Assembly: GCA_046351255.1 (NCBI GenBank)
Contig: JAXLYU010000014.1
Location: forward strand, 251,730-315,729
Length of the DNA stretch: 64,000 bases
Reading direction: 5' to 3'
Origin: Labilithrix sp.
Lineage (GTDB): Bacteria > Myxococcota_A > Polyangia > Polyangiales > Polyangiaceae
Position numbers and translations under genes: made by a program. A model generated the notes under the pieces. It was given only the letters and a program-made list of their open reading frames with translations. It made no database searches and was not told where the DNA came from. Positions 9,748 to 19,264 of this stretch are shown here, in pieces. How positions within the stretch are numbered: the stretch's first letter is position 1; each line of letters starts with the position of its first letter.

Positions 9748-10869
9748 TCATTCCACGCGCCGCAGGATGGGCTTGAGCGCCGGAATGGGTAGCGGCGGAG
9801 TCTCCGAGGCGTAGCGGGTGCGATGGTGGCGGGCATGTTCGCGGTCGAGGTGAAATGCCCAGTACGCGTCGAAGTCTCCGCTCGCGCGGAGAGCGCGGAG
9901 GCGAAGTACGGCCTCGGCTCCTGGAGTCGACCAGCGTGCGCCGGTCTTCTCCATGCGGTCTTTGACGAGGTAGCGACACACCCCCTCGATCACGCCGGTG
10001 GCGATCGGAAAGCCGGCCGCGAGCGCGCTGTTATAGGCGAGGAAACGCCTCACTCCGCGGAGGTAGCGCAGACACTTTCGTACCGGCTCGAGCTTCGTCG
10101 AATCGAGACTTCGTGCGGTGGCGTTGCGGCGAATATTCGTGCGCACTTTCGTGTGCTCGCCGCGGAGGAGCCACGCCAGGCGCTGCTGGACCCAGCTCTC
10201 GGCCTCCTTCGAACCGTCGGGATGGAACGCGTATGACGCTTTCCAGAGATATTCGAGCACGTGGATGAGGTCGACGATGATCGTGATCCGCACGTCGCGC
10301 TTTTTGGCGGCCTTCTTCACGAGACGAAGTTGATCGCGATTCCCGTCGACGAGCACGATCCAGGGACGGGCCTTCTGCGGATCGCGACGCAGAGCCTCGT
10401 CGAAGGCGTCGCTGATGACCTCCTCCGGCTCCTTCTCGAGACTCGCCCACACGAGCTTGTTCGTCGGTCGAGGTCGCTGGCGCTCCTTGGCTGCATCGCG
10501 AACGGGCCGCAGCTCGGTGAGGAGGTCTTGCAGCGTCCGGACATGCGGAGCGACGGTGTACACGGCCGCGACCTGCGCCATCCACTTGCGATGACGCTTC
10601 TCGCCCTTCGTCAGTCGTGTCTGAAGCCTGCGCGGGGTGGTCTCGGCCGCCTTCCGCGTTTCGGGACGCAGGTGCTCGCGCCGCATCGGAACGCCCTTGC
10701 CATCGAAGGTGAGGACCAAAAGGTCCGTCGTCTTCTCCGCGGCGAGCTCGCGTGCCGCGTAGAAGTCGTCGAAGTCCTGCGCTGCTCGAGCCGCGAGTTC
10801 CTCGACCTGCCGCTTGCCAATGCGCGCACCGGTTGTCGCGCTCAACGTCGCGGCGACCTCCTCGAACGC
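9748..10869 (-). pseudogene. 5'-truncated ISKra4-like (DDE) transposase gene, interrupted by the IS66 element
   Basis: C-terminal signature ...FPIATGVIEGVCRYLVKDRMEKTGARWS...DFDAYWAFH is typical of ISKra4-family transposases. The track ORF 9748..10980 owes its first 37 codons to IS66 sequence (12 codons from the 36-bp IR, 25 from IS66 interior). The native part starts at AFEEVAAT (about 10869). Confidence 0.6.
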
Positions 10870-10905
10870 GTACGCGCTGCGTTGACCCCGTCCTGGTGCG
10901 GGTGA
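10870..10905. repeat. IS66 terminal inverted repeat (left, 36 bp)
   Basis: Perfect inverted match to 13721-13756. Confidence 0.9.
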
Positions 10906-11151
10906 GGATCCGCGCGCAAGCTCCTGGTCATGAAGACGCAGGAGATCACGGAGTGGGTCACGGAGCTCGATCGCGCGCACGGGCTCGTTCGTGCCGTGGC
11001 CGATGCCGAGTCCGGGGAAGGCGCGAGTGCTGTCGCGCGCGAGGCGCTGGCGCTACTGTCTGCGCTGCACGCGCGGATGCTTCGCGCGGAGGTGCGGTCG
11101 GTCGTCTCGAGTTCGGCAGCGAGGACGTGAGCGGTGGCGTCGCGAATGCCG

Positions 11152-12960
11152 TCAGTCCGGAGAGATCTCTTGTTTCGCGGCGCGCGGGAGCGGCGCCGGG
11201 ACGGCGATGTCTCCGAGCTCGGGCTCGAGCTGCTTCGGGTCGAGCCGGCCGAGCGTGAGCGACCAGTACTTGGGAGCGAGCTCGAGGTACCGGTCTCGCG
11301 GCCAGTAAGGGAGGACGCGGATAATGTCGCGGAGGTAGAGTTCGGCGTCGATGCCGTGCAGCTGGCACGACGCGATGAGGGAAAAGAGGTTCGCGGCCGC
11401 GGTGGCGTGGTCGTCAGAGCCGAAGAAGAACCACGCGCGACGCCCGACCGCGATCGGCCTGACGGCGCGCTCGGAGTGGTTATTGGTCATTCGGAGCCGC
11501 CCGTCGTCGAGATAGCGGCGCAGCGCCTGCTCCTGCCGAACGACATATCCGAACGCGGTCGCGGCGAGGCCGCGCACGGCCTTGAGCCCTTCGTATCGAG
11601 TCTTCGCCCACGCGAAGAAGTCGTCGAGGAGCGGACGCGCGAGAAGCTGTCGGAGCTCGTGACGCCGTCGCGGCGGAAGAGCTGCCCACTGCGCCTCGAG
11701 CTCGAAGAGCTTGTGCATCCGGAGGAGCGCCTCTCGCGCCGCGGGGTCCTTTGCGACGGTGGCGGCCTCCCAGGCCCGCCGGCGCGCGTGCGACCAACAG
11801 CCAACTTCCTTCGGCGGAGTCTCGCCGGGGTCGCGCGCCTCACCGCGATAGAGAGCGTCGTAGATGCAGTGAGCGTCGGCTTGGATGTAGCCGCCGAATC
11901 CCCGAAACATCTCGCAGACCGCCTTGCTCGTGTGCTTCGGCTGGTACTCGAAGAAGATGTGGTCCTGGTCGGCAAGCACGACGAAGAAGTGCCCTTTGCG
12001 ACAGGCCCCCCGCGGACCACCCTTCACCGGCTCGGGCTGGATGCAGACGCCCGTCGCGTCGGTCGAGAGGCAGAAGGCGTCCTCCTTCGCCTCCTTCGCC
12101 ATCGCGTCGACGATGCATCCGAACGTGTTGCCCGCGTCCTCGGCGTACCGGCACATCACGCTGTCGTCGACCGGGCAGCCGTCCGCCCGCAGCATCTCCG
12201 AGAGGCGGTGGAACGGGATCCCGAACCGATACTTCGACGCCAGAATGTGCGCGATCAACGAGGGCGCGAGCAGCCCGCGCTTGAACAGCTCCTTCGGCAT
12301 CGGTGCCGTGATGATCTGGAAGCCGGTCTTCCGCCCGTGCTCGTCGACCTCGTCGACGACGTCTCCGCTTGCTCGCTCTGTCACGACCTCATTCTTGTAC
12401 TTCACGCGCGCGACGACCAGACGGATCGCGCCACCGCGACGATACGAGCGCCGACAACTCTCCTCGAAGCCGATCCGTTTCGCCTTTCCCTCGAGCGCGG
12501 GGTCGGGAATCTCGATGCGCTCCTCTGGAAGGTCCTCGTCGCGCAGATCTCGGCGTCCGGAACGATTTGGGCGCGGTCGACGGCCGCTCTCCGGCGGATC
12601 GTTGTCCGGCAGAAGCTCCGACAGCCCCGCGGTCTCGGCGACTTGCTGGACGATCGCGTCGAGCTTCTGCTTCGTCTCCGCGAACTCGATCTCGAGCTGC
12701 GTGACGTCGACGCGCTCGGCCCTCGCCTGGAAGATCCGCCGGCGGAGCAGCTCGACCTGCTCCTTCAGCTGCTCGTAGGCACGACGCAGCTTGTCGCGCT
12801 CGACCTTGACCACCGCGAGCTCCGACTCCTTGGTCGCGAGCGCGGTCCGGAGGAGTTCGACCTCGCGGCGGAGCGCTGACGCCTCGTCGCGGTGACCGCC
12901 GGCAAGCACGACGTTTCTCGTAGCGCGCGAAGATCGAGCTGTCGACCGACGACTGCGCAA
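11152..12960 (-). CDS. tnpC: IS66-family transposase TnpC
   Basis: 601 aa. N-terminal coiled coil / leucine zipper. Central ...CWSHARR... and C-terminal ...MTNNHSERAVRP...WFFFGSDDHA...LYLRDII... IS66 hallmarks. Confidence 0.9.
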   Translation of the reverse strand: MRSRRSTARSSRATRNVVLAGGHRDEASALRREVELLRTALATKESELAVVKVERDKLRRAYEQLKEQVELLRRRIFQARAERVDVTQLEIEFAETKQKLDAIVQQVAETAGLSELLPDNDPPESGRRPRPNRSGRRDLRDEDLPEERIEIPDPALEGKAKRIGFEESCRRSYRRGGAIRLVVARVKYKNEVVTERASGDVVDEVDEHGRKTGFQIITAPMPKELFKRGLLAPSLIAHILASKYRFGIPFHRLSEMLRADGCPVDDSVMCRYAEDAGNTFGCIVDAMAKEAKEDAFCLSTDATGVCIQPEPVKGGPRGACRKGHFFVVLADQDHIFFEYQPKHTSKAVCEMFRGFGGYIQADAHCIYDALYRGEARDPGETPPKEVGCWSHARRRAWEAATVAKDPAAREALLRMHKLFELEAQWAALPPRRRHELRQLLARPLLDDFFAWAKTRYEGLKAVRGLAATAFGYVVRQEQALRRYLDDGRLRMTNNHSERAVRPIAVGRRAWFFFGSDDHATAAANLFSLIASCQLHGIDAELYLRDIIRVLPYWPRDRYLELAPKYWSLTLGRLDPKQLEPELGDIAVPAPLPRAAKQEISPD

Positions 12961-12995
12961 TACACGATTATCGATCGCACCTTGTGCGCGAGCGC

Positions 12996-13346
12996 TCAGT
13001 GAATGCGTGGCCTTCGCGGGCGACGCGGAGCAGCGTCAACGTCGACGCCATCGAGGAGCGCCTCGAGCGTCGCGTCGTCGATCTCCACATGCCGTACTCC
13101 CTCGGCGGCACCTTCGGGAAGTCGGAAGGTGCCGCGGTCAAGTCGCTTGTAGAACTGGCACATTCCCGAGCCGTCGAAGAAGAGAATCTTCAGCGCGTCG
13201 CGGCGGCGCGAGTAGAAGAGAAAGAGCGCGCCGCTGCGGGCGTCGTACCCAATCTGCTCCTGCGCAATCCCCGATAGTCGGTCGAAGGAATACCGAAGAT
13301 CGATCGGCTCGAGCGCGACGAAGACCTGGACGCCGGAGGGGATCAC
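12996..13346 (-). CDS. tnpB: IS66 Orf2 (TnpB) accessory protein
   Basis: ~115 aa. ...LRYSFDRLSGIAQEQIGYDARSGALFLFYSRRRDALKILFFDGSGMCQFYKRLDRGTFRLP... IS66 Orf2 signature. Overlaps the tnpA stop by 4 nt. Confidence 0.9.
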   Translation of the reverse strand: MIPSGVQVFVALEPIDLRYSFDRLSGIAQEQIGYDARSGALFLFYSRRRDALKILFFDGSGMCQFYKRLDRGTFRLPEGAAEGVRHVEIDDATLEALLDGVDVDAAPRRPRRPRIH

Positions 13347-13696
13347 TTCTCGCCCCCGAGCGCGGCTACGACTTCGCGGAGGAGGCCGGGGTCGAAGCCC
13401 CGGCTCAGCGCGATGCGCGCCGTCCCGATCACGACGACGAGCTCGTCGTCTTCGCGACGACGTGCGACCGCGCTCGCCGCGTGGTCGTGTCGCCGGACGA
13501 CGCGGGCCATCGCCACTGTCGACTTCGGTGGCGCGCCGGCGATGGGGGGCTCTGCCTTCCGGCTCTTAAGCCGGCTCGCCCAGTAGCGGAGAGTCGACGC
13601 CTCGAAGTCGCCGTCTGCCGCGAAAGCATCCGCCGTCTTGCCGCTGGCGCGCCACGCCGTGACCCGATCCTTCCACCTCGCTTCGGTCGCTGTCAT
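13343..13696 (-). CDS. tnpA: IS66 Orf1 (TnpA) accessory protein
   Basis: ~117 aa first ORF of an IS66 unit (...ASGKTADAFAADGDFEASTLRYWASRLK...). Position and order (tnpA-tnpB-tnpC) are canonical. Confidence 0.8.
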   Translation of the reverse strand: MTATEARWKDRVTAWRASGKTADAFAADGDFEASTLRYWASRLKSRKAEPPIAGAPPKSTVAMARVVRRHDHAASAVARRREDDELVVVIGTARIALSRGFDPGLLREVVAALGGEK

Positions 13697-13720
13697 GCGC
13701 CTGACAATGACGCTCCAGCG

Positions 13721-13756
13721 TCACCCGCACCAGGACGGGGTCAACGCAGCGCGTAC
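13721..13756. repeat. IS66 terminal inverted repeat (right, 36 bp); contains the stop codon of the adjacent protease gene
   Basis: Reverse complement is identical to 10870-10905. Minus-strand reading ...CCG TAC GCG CTG CGT TGA gives P-Y-A-L-R-stop. Confidence 0.9.
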
Positions 13757-14556
13757 GGCGTTGGGGTCGGCGTGGGCGTGGGCGTGGGCGTGGGTGTCGG
13801 GGCGGGCGTGGGCGTCGGCGCGGGGGGCGGGGCCGGCGTCTGGGCCGCGATCTTTGCCTGGATCCAGCCGTAGAGCAGATCGACGCGCGCCGTGACCTGC
13901 GTGGACGCGCCCGCGCCCGAGTTGACCGCGACGAGCGTGTGCGTGCCGGTGAGGAACACCGGCCCGCCCGAGTCGCCGTGCTGGATGACGACCCCCGACG
14001 AATAGTCGTACGGATAGCCGATGCTCGCGCCGTCCGTCAGCGTGATGGGCGCGTCGTAGAGGCTATTCGTGACCGTGCCGTTGAGCACGCGACCGACGGA
14101 GAGCGCCTTCGCGCCGTTGGGCTGCTTCGCCTGTGCAAGCACCGGATACGACGCGAGCGTGATGGCCTCGGTGAGATAGACGAGACCGATGTCGTGATGC
14201 GCCGGATTGACAGTCGTGGCGCCGTTCTCCGCCCAGTCGTACGTCTCGCCCCTCGACGACTTCCGGTAGTTCGTACCGGCATAGACCTCCCACGAGACCA
14301 TGCCATCCACGCAATGCCCCGCCGTGAGCACGACCTTGGGCGCGATCAGGGTGGCCGAGCAGCTGTAACCCAGGCCACCGGTGCTCTTCATGTTCAGGAG
14401 CACCGCCTCTGGGTACGTCGCCGACGCCGGCACGCCTCCGATGATCGCCTCCATCACGGCCGAGGTGTTCTCCTCGTCTCTGGAATCGGTGACCTCGCCG
14501 GAACACGCCAGGAGGGATGCAAGAGCGACGATTCCGAGGCAGCGGTTTGGCTTCAT
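13741..14556 (-). CDS. Secreted trypsin-like (S1) serine protease lipoprotein with a C-terminal Pro-Thr linker; native C-terminus replaced by the IS66 IR
   Basis: Signal plus lipobox LLACSG. Catalytic His (TAGHC), Asp (HDIGL) and Ser (GDSGGP). (PT)n linker. The last residues YALR and the stop are encoded by the IS66 IR. Confidence 0.8.
   Translation of the reverse strand: MKPNRCLGIVALASLLACSGEVTDSRDEENTSAVMEAIIGGVPASATYPEAVLLNMKSTGGLGYSCSATLIAPKVVLTAGHCVDGMVSWEVYAGTNYRKSSRGETYDWAENGATTVNPAHHDIGLVYLTEAITLASYPVLAQAKQPNGAKALSVGRVLNGTVTNSLYDAPITLTDGASIGYPYDYSSGVVIQHGDSGGPVFLTGTHTLVAVNSGAGASTQVTARVDLLYGWIQAKIAAQTPAPPPAPTPTPAPTPTPTPTPTPTPTPYALR
13764..13822. repeat. Imperfect hexanucleotide repeat (GGCGTG)n encoding the (Pro-Thr)n linker on the minus strand
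   Basis: cgtgggcgtgggcgtgggcgtgggtgtcggggcgggcgtgggcgtcgg. This is coding repeat DNA, not a CRISPR array. Confidence 0.7.
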
Positions 14557-14660
14557 GCGGGTATGGGTCTCCGTCCCCAGAAACGGCTCGCCGCTGGACA
14601 TCTTCAACTCGAGCGTGAGACGCGGCGCGCCGCGCTCGGGAGGAGCCTCGCCCCGCGACG

Positions 14661-15542
14661 CTATCGCGCGTCGGTGAGCCAGAGCACGACCGCCGCGCCC
14701 ACCGCCACGACCCCGACGATGCTCACGACGGTCGAGACATCGGCCGCGCGCTGGGCATCGCGCGCGTGCTCGAGGCCGACGGGATCGGTGCATCGCAGGT
14801 CGCCGTCGCCGGCGCAGGTCTCCTTCGCGGCGCTCCAGTCCGACGCCGCGCGGATCCCGAAGAAGCCGCCCACGCCAAGACCGACGATGCCAAGAGCCCC
14901 GAGCCCCAGCGCGACCTTTCGGCGTGTGCCCATCGCCGGTCGCTCTTCGTTCGGCGTCGCGGGCGGAGGTGGCTTGATCGTCGGGACGAGCGCGAGCGCG
15001 GGCACCGTGATCGCGACCGTTCCTGGCTCCTTCAGCTCCACCTTCGAGCGCCAGTCGACGCGGCCGGACGCCGTCGCCTCGAGCGAATAGACCGAGGGGT
15101 CGAGCGGAACCGGCACACCGTAGAGCGACGGCTCGACCACCGCTCCGTCGCGACGCACCGTCACCGCTGCGTCCGAGGGAGTGACATCGATCTTCAAATA
15201 CGAGACTCGGGGACCGAGGGCGAGCGCACGATCCATCGCCGCTTGCGCGCGCTTGGCGTCGCCGATCCGGCGCGCGAACTCGCTGGCCTCCTTGAAGGTG
15301 CGTACCGCGCTCGCGGCGCGGCCGGCTTTGGCCTGGCAGTCTCCGAGGGCGAGGAGGGTGCCTGGCGCGGGCTCGACCTTGTGGCTCGCCTCGAGCTTGG
15401 CGCATGCCTCATCGAACTTGCCGGCATCGAGCGCCGTGAGCCCCTCATCGAAGAGCCGATCCGCCTCGCTCACGGGCCTCCCCTGCGCCGCTGCCGTGCC
15501 GCTGGTCGCGAGCAAGAGGAGGAGAAGACGTATGCGTTTCAC
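14661..15542 (-). CDS. Secreted TPR-like protein with a C-terminal transmembrane anchor
   Basis: Signal peptide MKRIRLLLLLLATSGTAAAQG. Helical TPR-like N-terminal region. Hydrophobic C-terminal segment. Its start overlaps the STK stop by 4 nt. Confidence 0.55.
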   Translation of the reverse strand: MKRIRLLLLLLATSGTAAAQGRPVSEADRLFDEGLTALDAGKFDEACAKLEASHKVEPAPGTLLALGDCQAKAGRAASAVRTFKEASEFARRIGDAKRAQAAMDRALALGPRVSYLKIDVTPSDAAVTVRRDGAVVEPSLYGVPVPLDPSVYSLEATASGRVDWRSKVELKEPGTVAITVPALALVPTIKPPPPATPNEERPAMGTRRKVALGLGALGIVGLGVGGFFGIRAASDWSAAKETCAGDGDLRCTDPVGLEHARDAQRAADVSTVVSIVGVVAVGAAVVLWLTDAR

Positions 15543-17080
15543 CAGCGCCTCCGATACATGTCCTCACCGCTCGACGCCGAGGGGGCGGGCGGCGCCGCGG
15601 GCCTCGGCGCCGCGACGGCTCTCGGCTTCGCGCTCGCAGCGATGGGCGATATGGGGGAGCTGGGGGATACGGGCGAGACGGGCGGAGGCACCGCGCTCGG
15701 CGGCGGCTCGAGCGATGTCTCGGGGACCGGCGCGCCGCTCCGCTCCGGCTCCGGCACGACGGCCGGGATCTCGTTCGCGGGCGAGGTCGCGCTCTGCGCG
15801 AGAGCCTGCGGTGCAGGACGCTTGACCGCGAGCGCGAAGATCACGGCACCGCTGACGAGGACCCCGCCGAGCACGGCGCCGGCCAGCGCGACGGCGAGCC
15901 CCGTTCGCGACTTCGGGGTCGGGGCGGGGAGGACTCCGCCCATCGACACGGGCGTGATCGCGTGCGTGACGGGCATGCCGGTCTGGCCCGAAGGCGACTC
16001 GCGCATGGGCTTCGTTCGATCGATCTCCCGTTCGATGGTGCGCGTGCGCTCTTGCTCGGCGAGGGACGGTGGGGTCGCCGCGGGGGTACGCGGCTGGGAT
16101 TCGCTGCCCGTGAAGCTCTCGAGCTCCTTCACGTAGCTCGCCCGATCGCGAAGGGCGCTCTGCGCGACCACCGCGACCCACTCGCCCACCTCGCTCGCGA
16201 GCGCGGGGCGCACCACGGCCTCGATCGCTCGTGCGGCGTCGCGGGCGGTGGGATATCGATCGCCGGGCTCCTTCGAGAGGAGCTTCAGGACGATCGCGTC
16301 GAGCTCCGGCGGCACGTGGGGCGCGACCGTGCTCGGCGCAGAGACGACGTTCTCCAGGACGAGGCCGATGAGCGAGCCCTCGTCCTCCGCCGAGAAGAGG
16401 CGCTTGCGAGTCAGGGTCTCCCAGAGGACGACGCCGGCGGCGTATACGTCGATGAGGCGAGTCGAAGGCTTCGCCCGGAGCTGCTCCGGGGACATGTAAG
16501 CGAGCTTGCCCTTGATCTGTCCGGAGCGCGTCGACTGAAGCCGATTCGATGCCTTCGCGACGCCGAAGTCGAGCACGCGCGCGACGCCATCGACGCCGAC
16601 CACCACGTTCTGCGGGGACACGTCGCGATGCACGATGCCGAGCGGCTCGCCCGTGTCGCTGGTCGCTTCGTGCGCCGCGTGCAGACCGTGGAGCATGCCC
16701 GTGATCACGGCGCTGACGATCGGGAGCGGGATCGGCGCATCGCGCGGGAGCATGTCCCGCACGAGTCGAGAGAGCGACTGCCCGTGCACGTACTCCATGA
16801 CGAGCAGGAGCTCGCCTGGCGCCGCGACGACATCGAGCGTCTGGACCACGTTCGGATGCTGAATGCGGGCCGCGATCCGCGCCTCGTCGACGAGCATCGC
16901 GACGAAGTCGGGGTCGCTCGAGAACTGAGCGTGGAGTCGCTTGATGGCGACGGTGCGCGCGAAGCCGACCGCGCCGAGCAGGCGGCCGAGATGGACGGTC
17001 GCCATGCCGCCGGCGGCGAGCGGGCGGTGGATCGCGTAGCGGCCCACGGTGATGGGCGTCGACGCCTCAGGGCCCATGTC
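15539..17080 (-). CDS. Ser/Thr protein kinase with a Pro-rich linker and a TM segment
   Basis: GxGxxG-like AAGGMATVHLG. VAIK. HRDVSPQN. DFG. SPEQ. C-terminal hydrophobic helix and P/A-rich tail. The start was chosen at MGPEAS. Confidence 0.85.
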   Translation of the reverse strand, partial: DMGPEASTPITVGRYAIHRPLAAGGMATVHLGRLLGAVGFARTVAIKRLHAQFSSDPDFVAMLVDEARIAARIQHPNVVQTLDVVAAPGELLLVMEYVHGQSLSRLVRDMLPRDAPIPLPIVSAVITGMLHGLHAAHEATSDTGEPLGIVHRDVSPQNVVVGVDGVARVLDFGVAKASNRLQSTRSGQIKGKLAYMSPEQLRAKPSTRLIDVYAAGVVLWETLTRKRLFSAEDEGSLIGLVLENVVSAPSTVAPHVPPELDAIVLKLLSKEPGDRYPTARDAARAIEAVVRPALASEVGEWVAVVAQSALRDRASYVKELESFTGSESQPRTPAATPPSLAEQERTRTIEREIDRTKPMRESPSGQTGMPVTHAITPVSMGGVLPAPTPKSRTGLAVALAGAVLGGVLVSGAVIFALAVKRPAPQALAQSATSPANEIPAVVPEPERSGAPVPETSLEPPPSAVPPPVSPVSPSSPISPIAASAKPRAVAAPRPAAPPAPSASSGEDMYRRRW

Positions 17081-19040
17081 GCAAGATCGCTCCTTCCGCG
17101 CCGGCTCCCCAGAGGACGCCGTCGCGATCGAACACGAGCATGGCGAGGTTCGGGGCACCGTCGAGCCGCGCCCACTCCTGCCCGTCCCAGCGTCGCGGTC
17201 CGGCGTTCGGCCCGTTGACCCACACGTCGTTGCCGTGCACCGCGACCGAGGACCAGGTCACGTTTGGCTGGCCCGACGGCGGCACCGGCGTGTGCGGCTC
17301 CCACTTCTCTCCGTTCCAGCGCGCCACGAGGTCTGGTCCCGCGACCCACACGCTCTTGTTCGAGCTCCCGCCGATCGCGAGGAGCTGCGTGACGGGCGAT
17401 GGCGACGGATCGATCCGGTGCCATCCGCTCCCGTCGTGCTGGAGCACGATGCTGCCGGGGGCGACGGCCCACGCGTCCCGCGTCTCGGGATCGATCCAGA
17501 CCGCGCTGAGCTCCTTGCCGTCGGTCGGCGAGTCCACGACGAACGTCTTCCCGTCGAAGCGAGCGGCGAAGGGCCTCGTGTTGCTTCCGCCTTCGGTCTG
17601 CTCGAGCCCGACCGCCCAGATCGTCTTCGACGCCGCGTCACCTCGGATCTGCCTCAGCAAGACCGAGGGAGGTGCGTCGTAGACGGTCTCGAAGTCCTTT
17701 CCGTTCGAGCGAATGATGTCCTGCGCGACGAGCCATTGCTCCGTCGCGCTGGCGAGCCAGCACGACTGCGTGGTCCCGAGCTCGTTGCCGTACGAGGTCT
17801 CCGTGTAGGCGCCGTCGCGCTTTCGCAGCACGACGGCGGTCTGTCCCGCCGTCGCCACGCCGACCGCCAGCGCGAGGCCGTCGGCGATGCAGACGTCGGC
17901 GAGGTTCGAGTACACGCCGCCGGTCTCGGGCCATCGTCGCCAGCCATCGCCTTCGACGCGTGCGATCGCGCCATGGGCGCCGACCGCGATCACCTCGTGG
18001 TCGCCATAGGGAGCGAGCGCGTTGTACTGGACGTTGTCGGGGAGGGTCATCGGCGCGGACAGCTCGGTGCCGCGAAGGCGCACCGCCGTCGCGGGCAAGG
18101 TCTGGCCCATCACCCAGACCTCGGAGCTCGTGGCCGCGGCCGCCGCGACTCCACCCGCAAAGGGCTGCGTGACGACATGGCCCCAGCTGCCGTTGAGCAG
18201 CCGCGAGAAGGAGAGGCTCGTCCCGTCCTGACCCACGAGCCAGAGGATCGATGACGGTCCCGGTCCCTCGGCGATGAGGCCGATCTGGGAGTTGCACGAC
18301 CCTGCTCCAAACGTCTCGCAGCTCCCCGACACCCACGACCCCTGCCAGTGTGCGAGGCGATTGCCGCTCGAGGCCCAGACATCATTCGGCCCGGTTCCGC
18401 GAATCGACTGCAGCATGGGAGGGCCGGCGGCCGCGTCCCAGGGCGCGCCGATATCGTCCCAGGTCGATCCGCCGCTGGGGAGACGCAGCGCGACCGCGCT
18501 CGGTGTTGGTGGGCTCGTGGCGCTTCCGACGACCCAGACATCGCCACCGGTCCCCCACACGTCGGAGAGCTGGAGGGCGCTTGGAGTGGTCGCGCGCAGG
18601 CTCTCTGCCCACGAGCCGCCATCGTGCCGGAGGACGGCGATATTCGTTCCGGGCTCCGGGAGCGAGAAGGCCTCCACGCCGCTCGACGCCCACACCTTTC
18701 GCAGGCCGAAGCGCTCCTCCGTCAGCACCTTGAACGAGGTGCCGTCCCAGTGGAGCGTCGCGCCGTCTCGTCCGACGGCCCAGATGTCCGTCGGCGACGA
18801 CGCCCACACGCTGACGAGGTCGCTGCCCTGAGGAAGAGGGTTCTCCCAGCACCATCCCTTGCAAGGCGAGAGCGCGGAGCCGCCGCCCTCGGCGCCGCCG
18901 TCGCCTCCCGGCGCGACGACATCAGGCCCACCGTCCGTCGTGCGTGCATCCTCGGCCGCGTCGCCGATGCCGAGGATCAGGCGGCACCCGTAGCTCGAGA
19001 CCGCCAATGCGATCGCGGCCGTGATCACGCGGCGCTGCAT
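17067..19040 (-). CDS. Secreted beta-propeller-like repeat protein
   Basis: Signal peptide MQRRVITAAIALAVSSYGC. Many ...DVWAVG.../...VWVVG... W/G-rich blade-like repeats. Function unknown. Confidence 0.6.
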   Translation of the reverse strand: MQRRVITAAIALAVSSYGCRLILGIGDAAEDARTTDGGPDVVAPGGDGGAEGGGSALSPCKGWCWENPLPQGSDLVSVWASSPTDIWAVGRDGATLHWDGTSFKVLTEERFGLRKVWASSGVEAFSLPEPGTNIAVLRHDGGSWAESLRATTPSALQLSDVWGTGGDVWVVGSATSPPTPSAVALRLPSGGSTWDDIGAPWDAAAGPPMLQSIRGTGPNDVWASSGNRLAHWQGSWVSGSCETFGAGSCNSQIGLIAEGPGPSSILWLVGQDGTSLSFSRLLNGSWGHVVTQPFAGGVAAAAATSSEVWVMGQTLPATAVRLRGTELSAPMTLPDNVQYNALAPYGDHEVIAVGAHGAIARVEGDGWRRWPETGGVYSNLADVCIADGLALAVGVATAGQTAVVLRKRDGAYTETSYGNELGTTQSCWLASATEQWLVAQDIIRSNGKDFETVYDAPPSVLLRQIRGDAASKTIWAVGLEQTEGGSNTRPFAARFDGKTFVVDSPTDGKELSAVWIDPETRDAWAVAPGSIVLQHDGSGWHRIDPSPSPVTQLLAIGGSSNKSVWVAGPDLVARWNGEKWEPHTPVPPSGQPNVTWSSVAVHGNDVWVNGPNAGPRRWDGQEWARLDGAPNLAMLVFDRDGVLWGAGAEGAILRHGP

Positions 19041-19264
19041 GGGTCTAGACGTCCCCCATGCGTATGACGATACCTCGCCGCCGCCATCCCAAGGGCCGAA
19101 AAGCTCGGCCGTGAGAAGAGCCGAGAAAGGCGGCAAGAGCGTGAGGTCGAGCGACTGACCAGGGAAAAGCTTCGAGCTCGTCCGTTCTGTCGAATTGCGT
19201 CGAGTCTTCGATCGCCGATATCTGTGGACGATCCCCCCTCTCGACCCTTGGTCGAAGAACGGCA

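Larger units (their letters stand above)
10870..13756 (-). mobile_element. Complete IS66-family insertion sequence (tnpA-tnpB-tnpC), ~2.89 kb, 36-bp perfect terminal IRs
   Basis: GTACGCGCTGCGTTGACCCCGTCCTGGTGCGGGTGA at 10870-10905 equals the reverse complement of 13721-13756. Three canonical IS66 ORFs lie between. No identical 8-bp flanking direct repeat was seen (tcgaacgc vs ggcgttgg). Confidence 0.85.

Noticed and set aside
10870-10980. N-terminal 37 residues of the 410-aa ISKra4-like ORF (9748..10980)
   Set aside because: These codons are IS66 sequence (the 36-bp terminal IR plus adjacent interior), so the apparent start is fortuitous. The native gene is truncated at about 10869.
11134-12879. 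581-aa plus-strand ORF inside the IS66 element
   Set aside because: Antisense to the canonical IS66 tnpC gene. No known IS66 antisense protein.
13764-13850. GGCGTG/GGCGGG repeat tract considered as a CRISPR-like or regulatory repeat
   Set aside because: It is in-frame coding sequence for the (Pro-Thr)n linker of the S1 protease on the minus strand. No spacers, no repeat-spacer periodicity.
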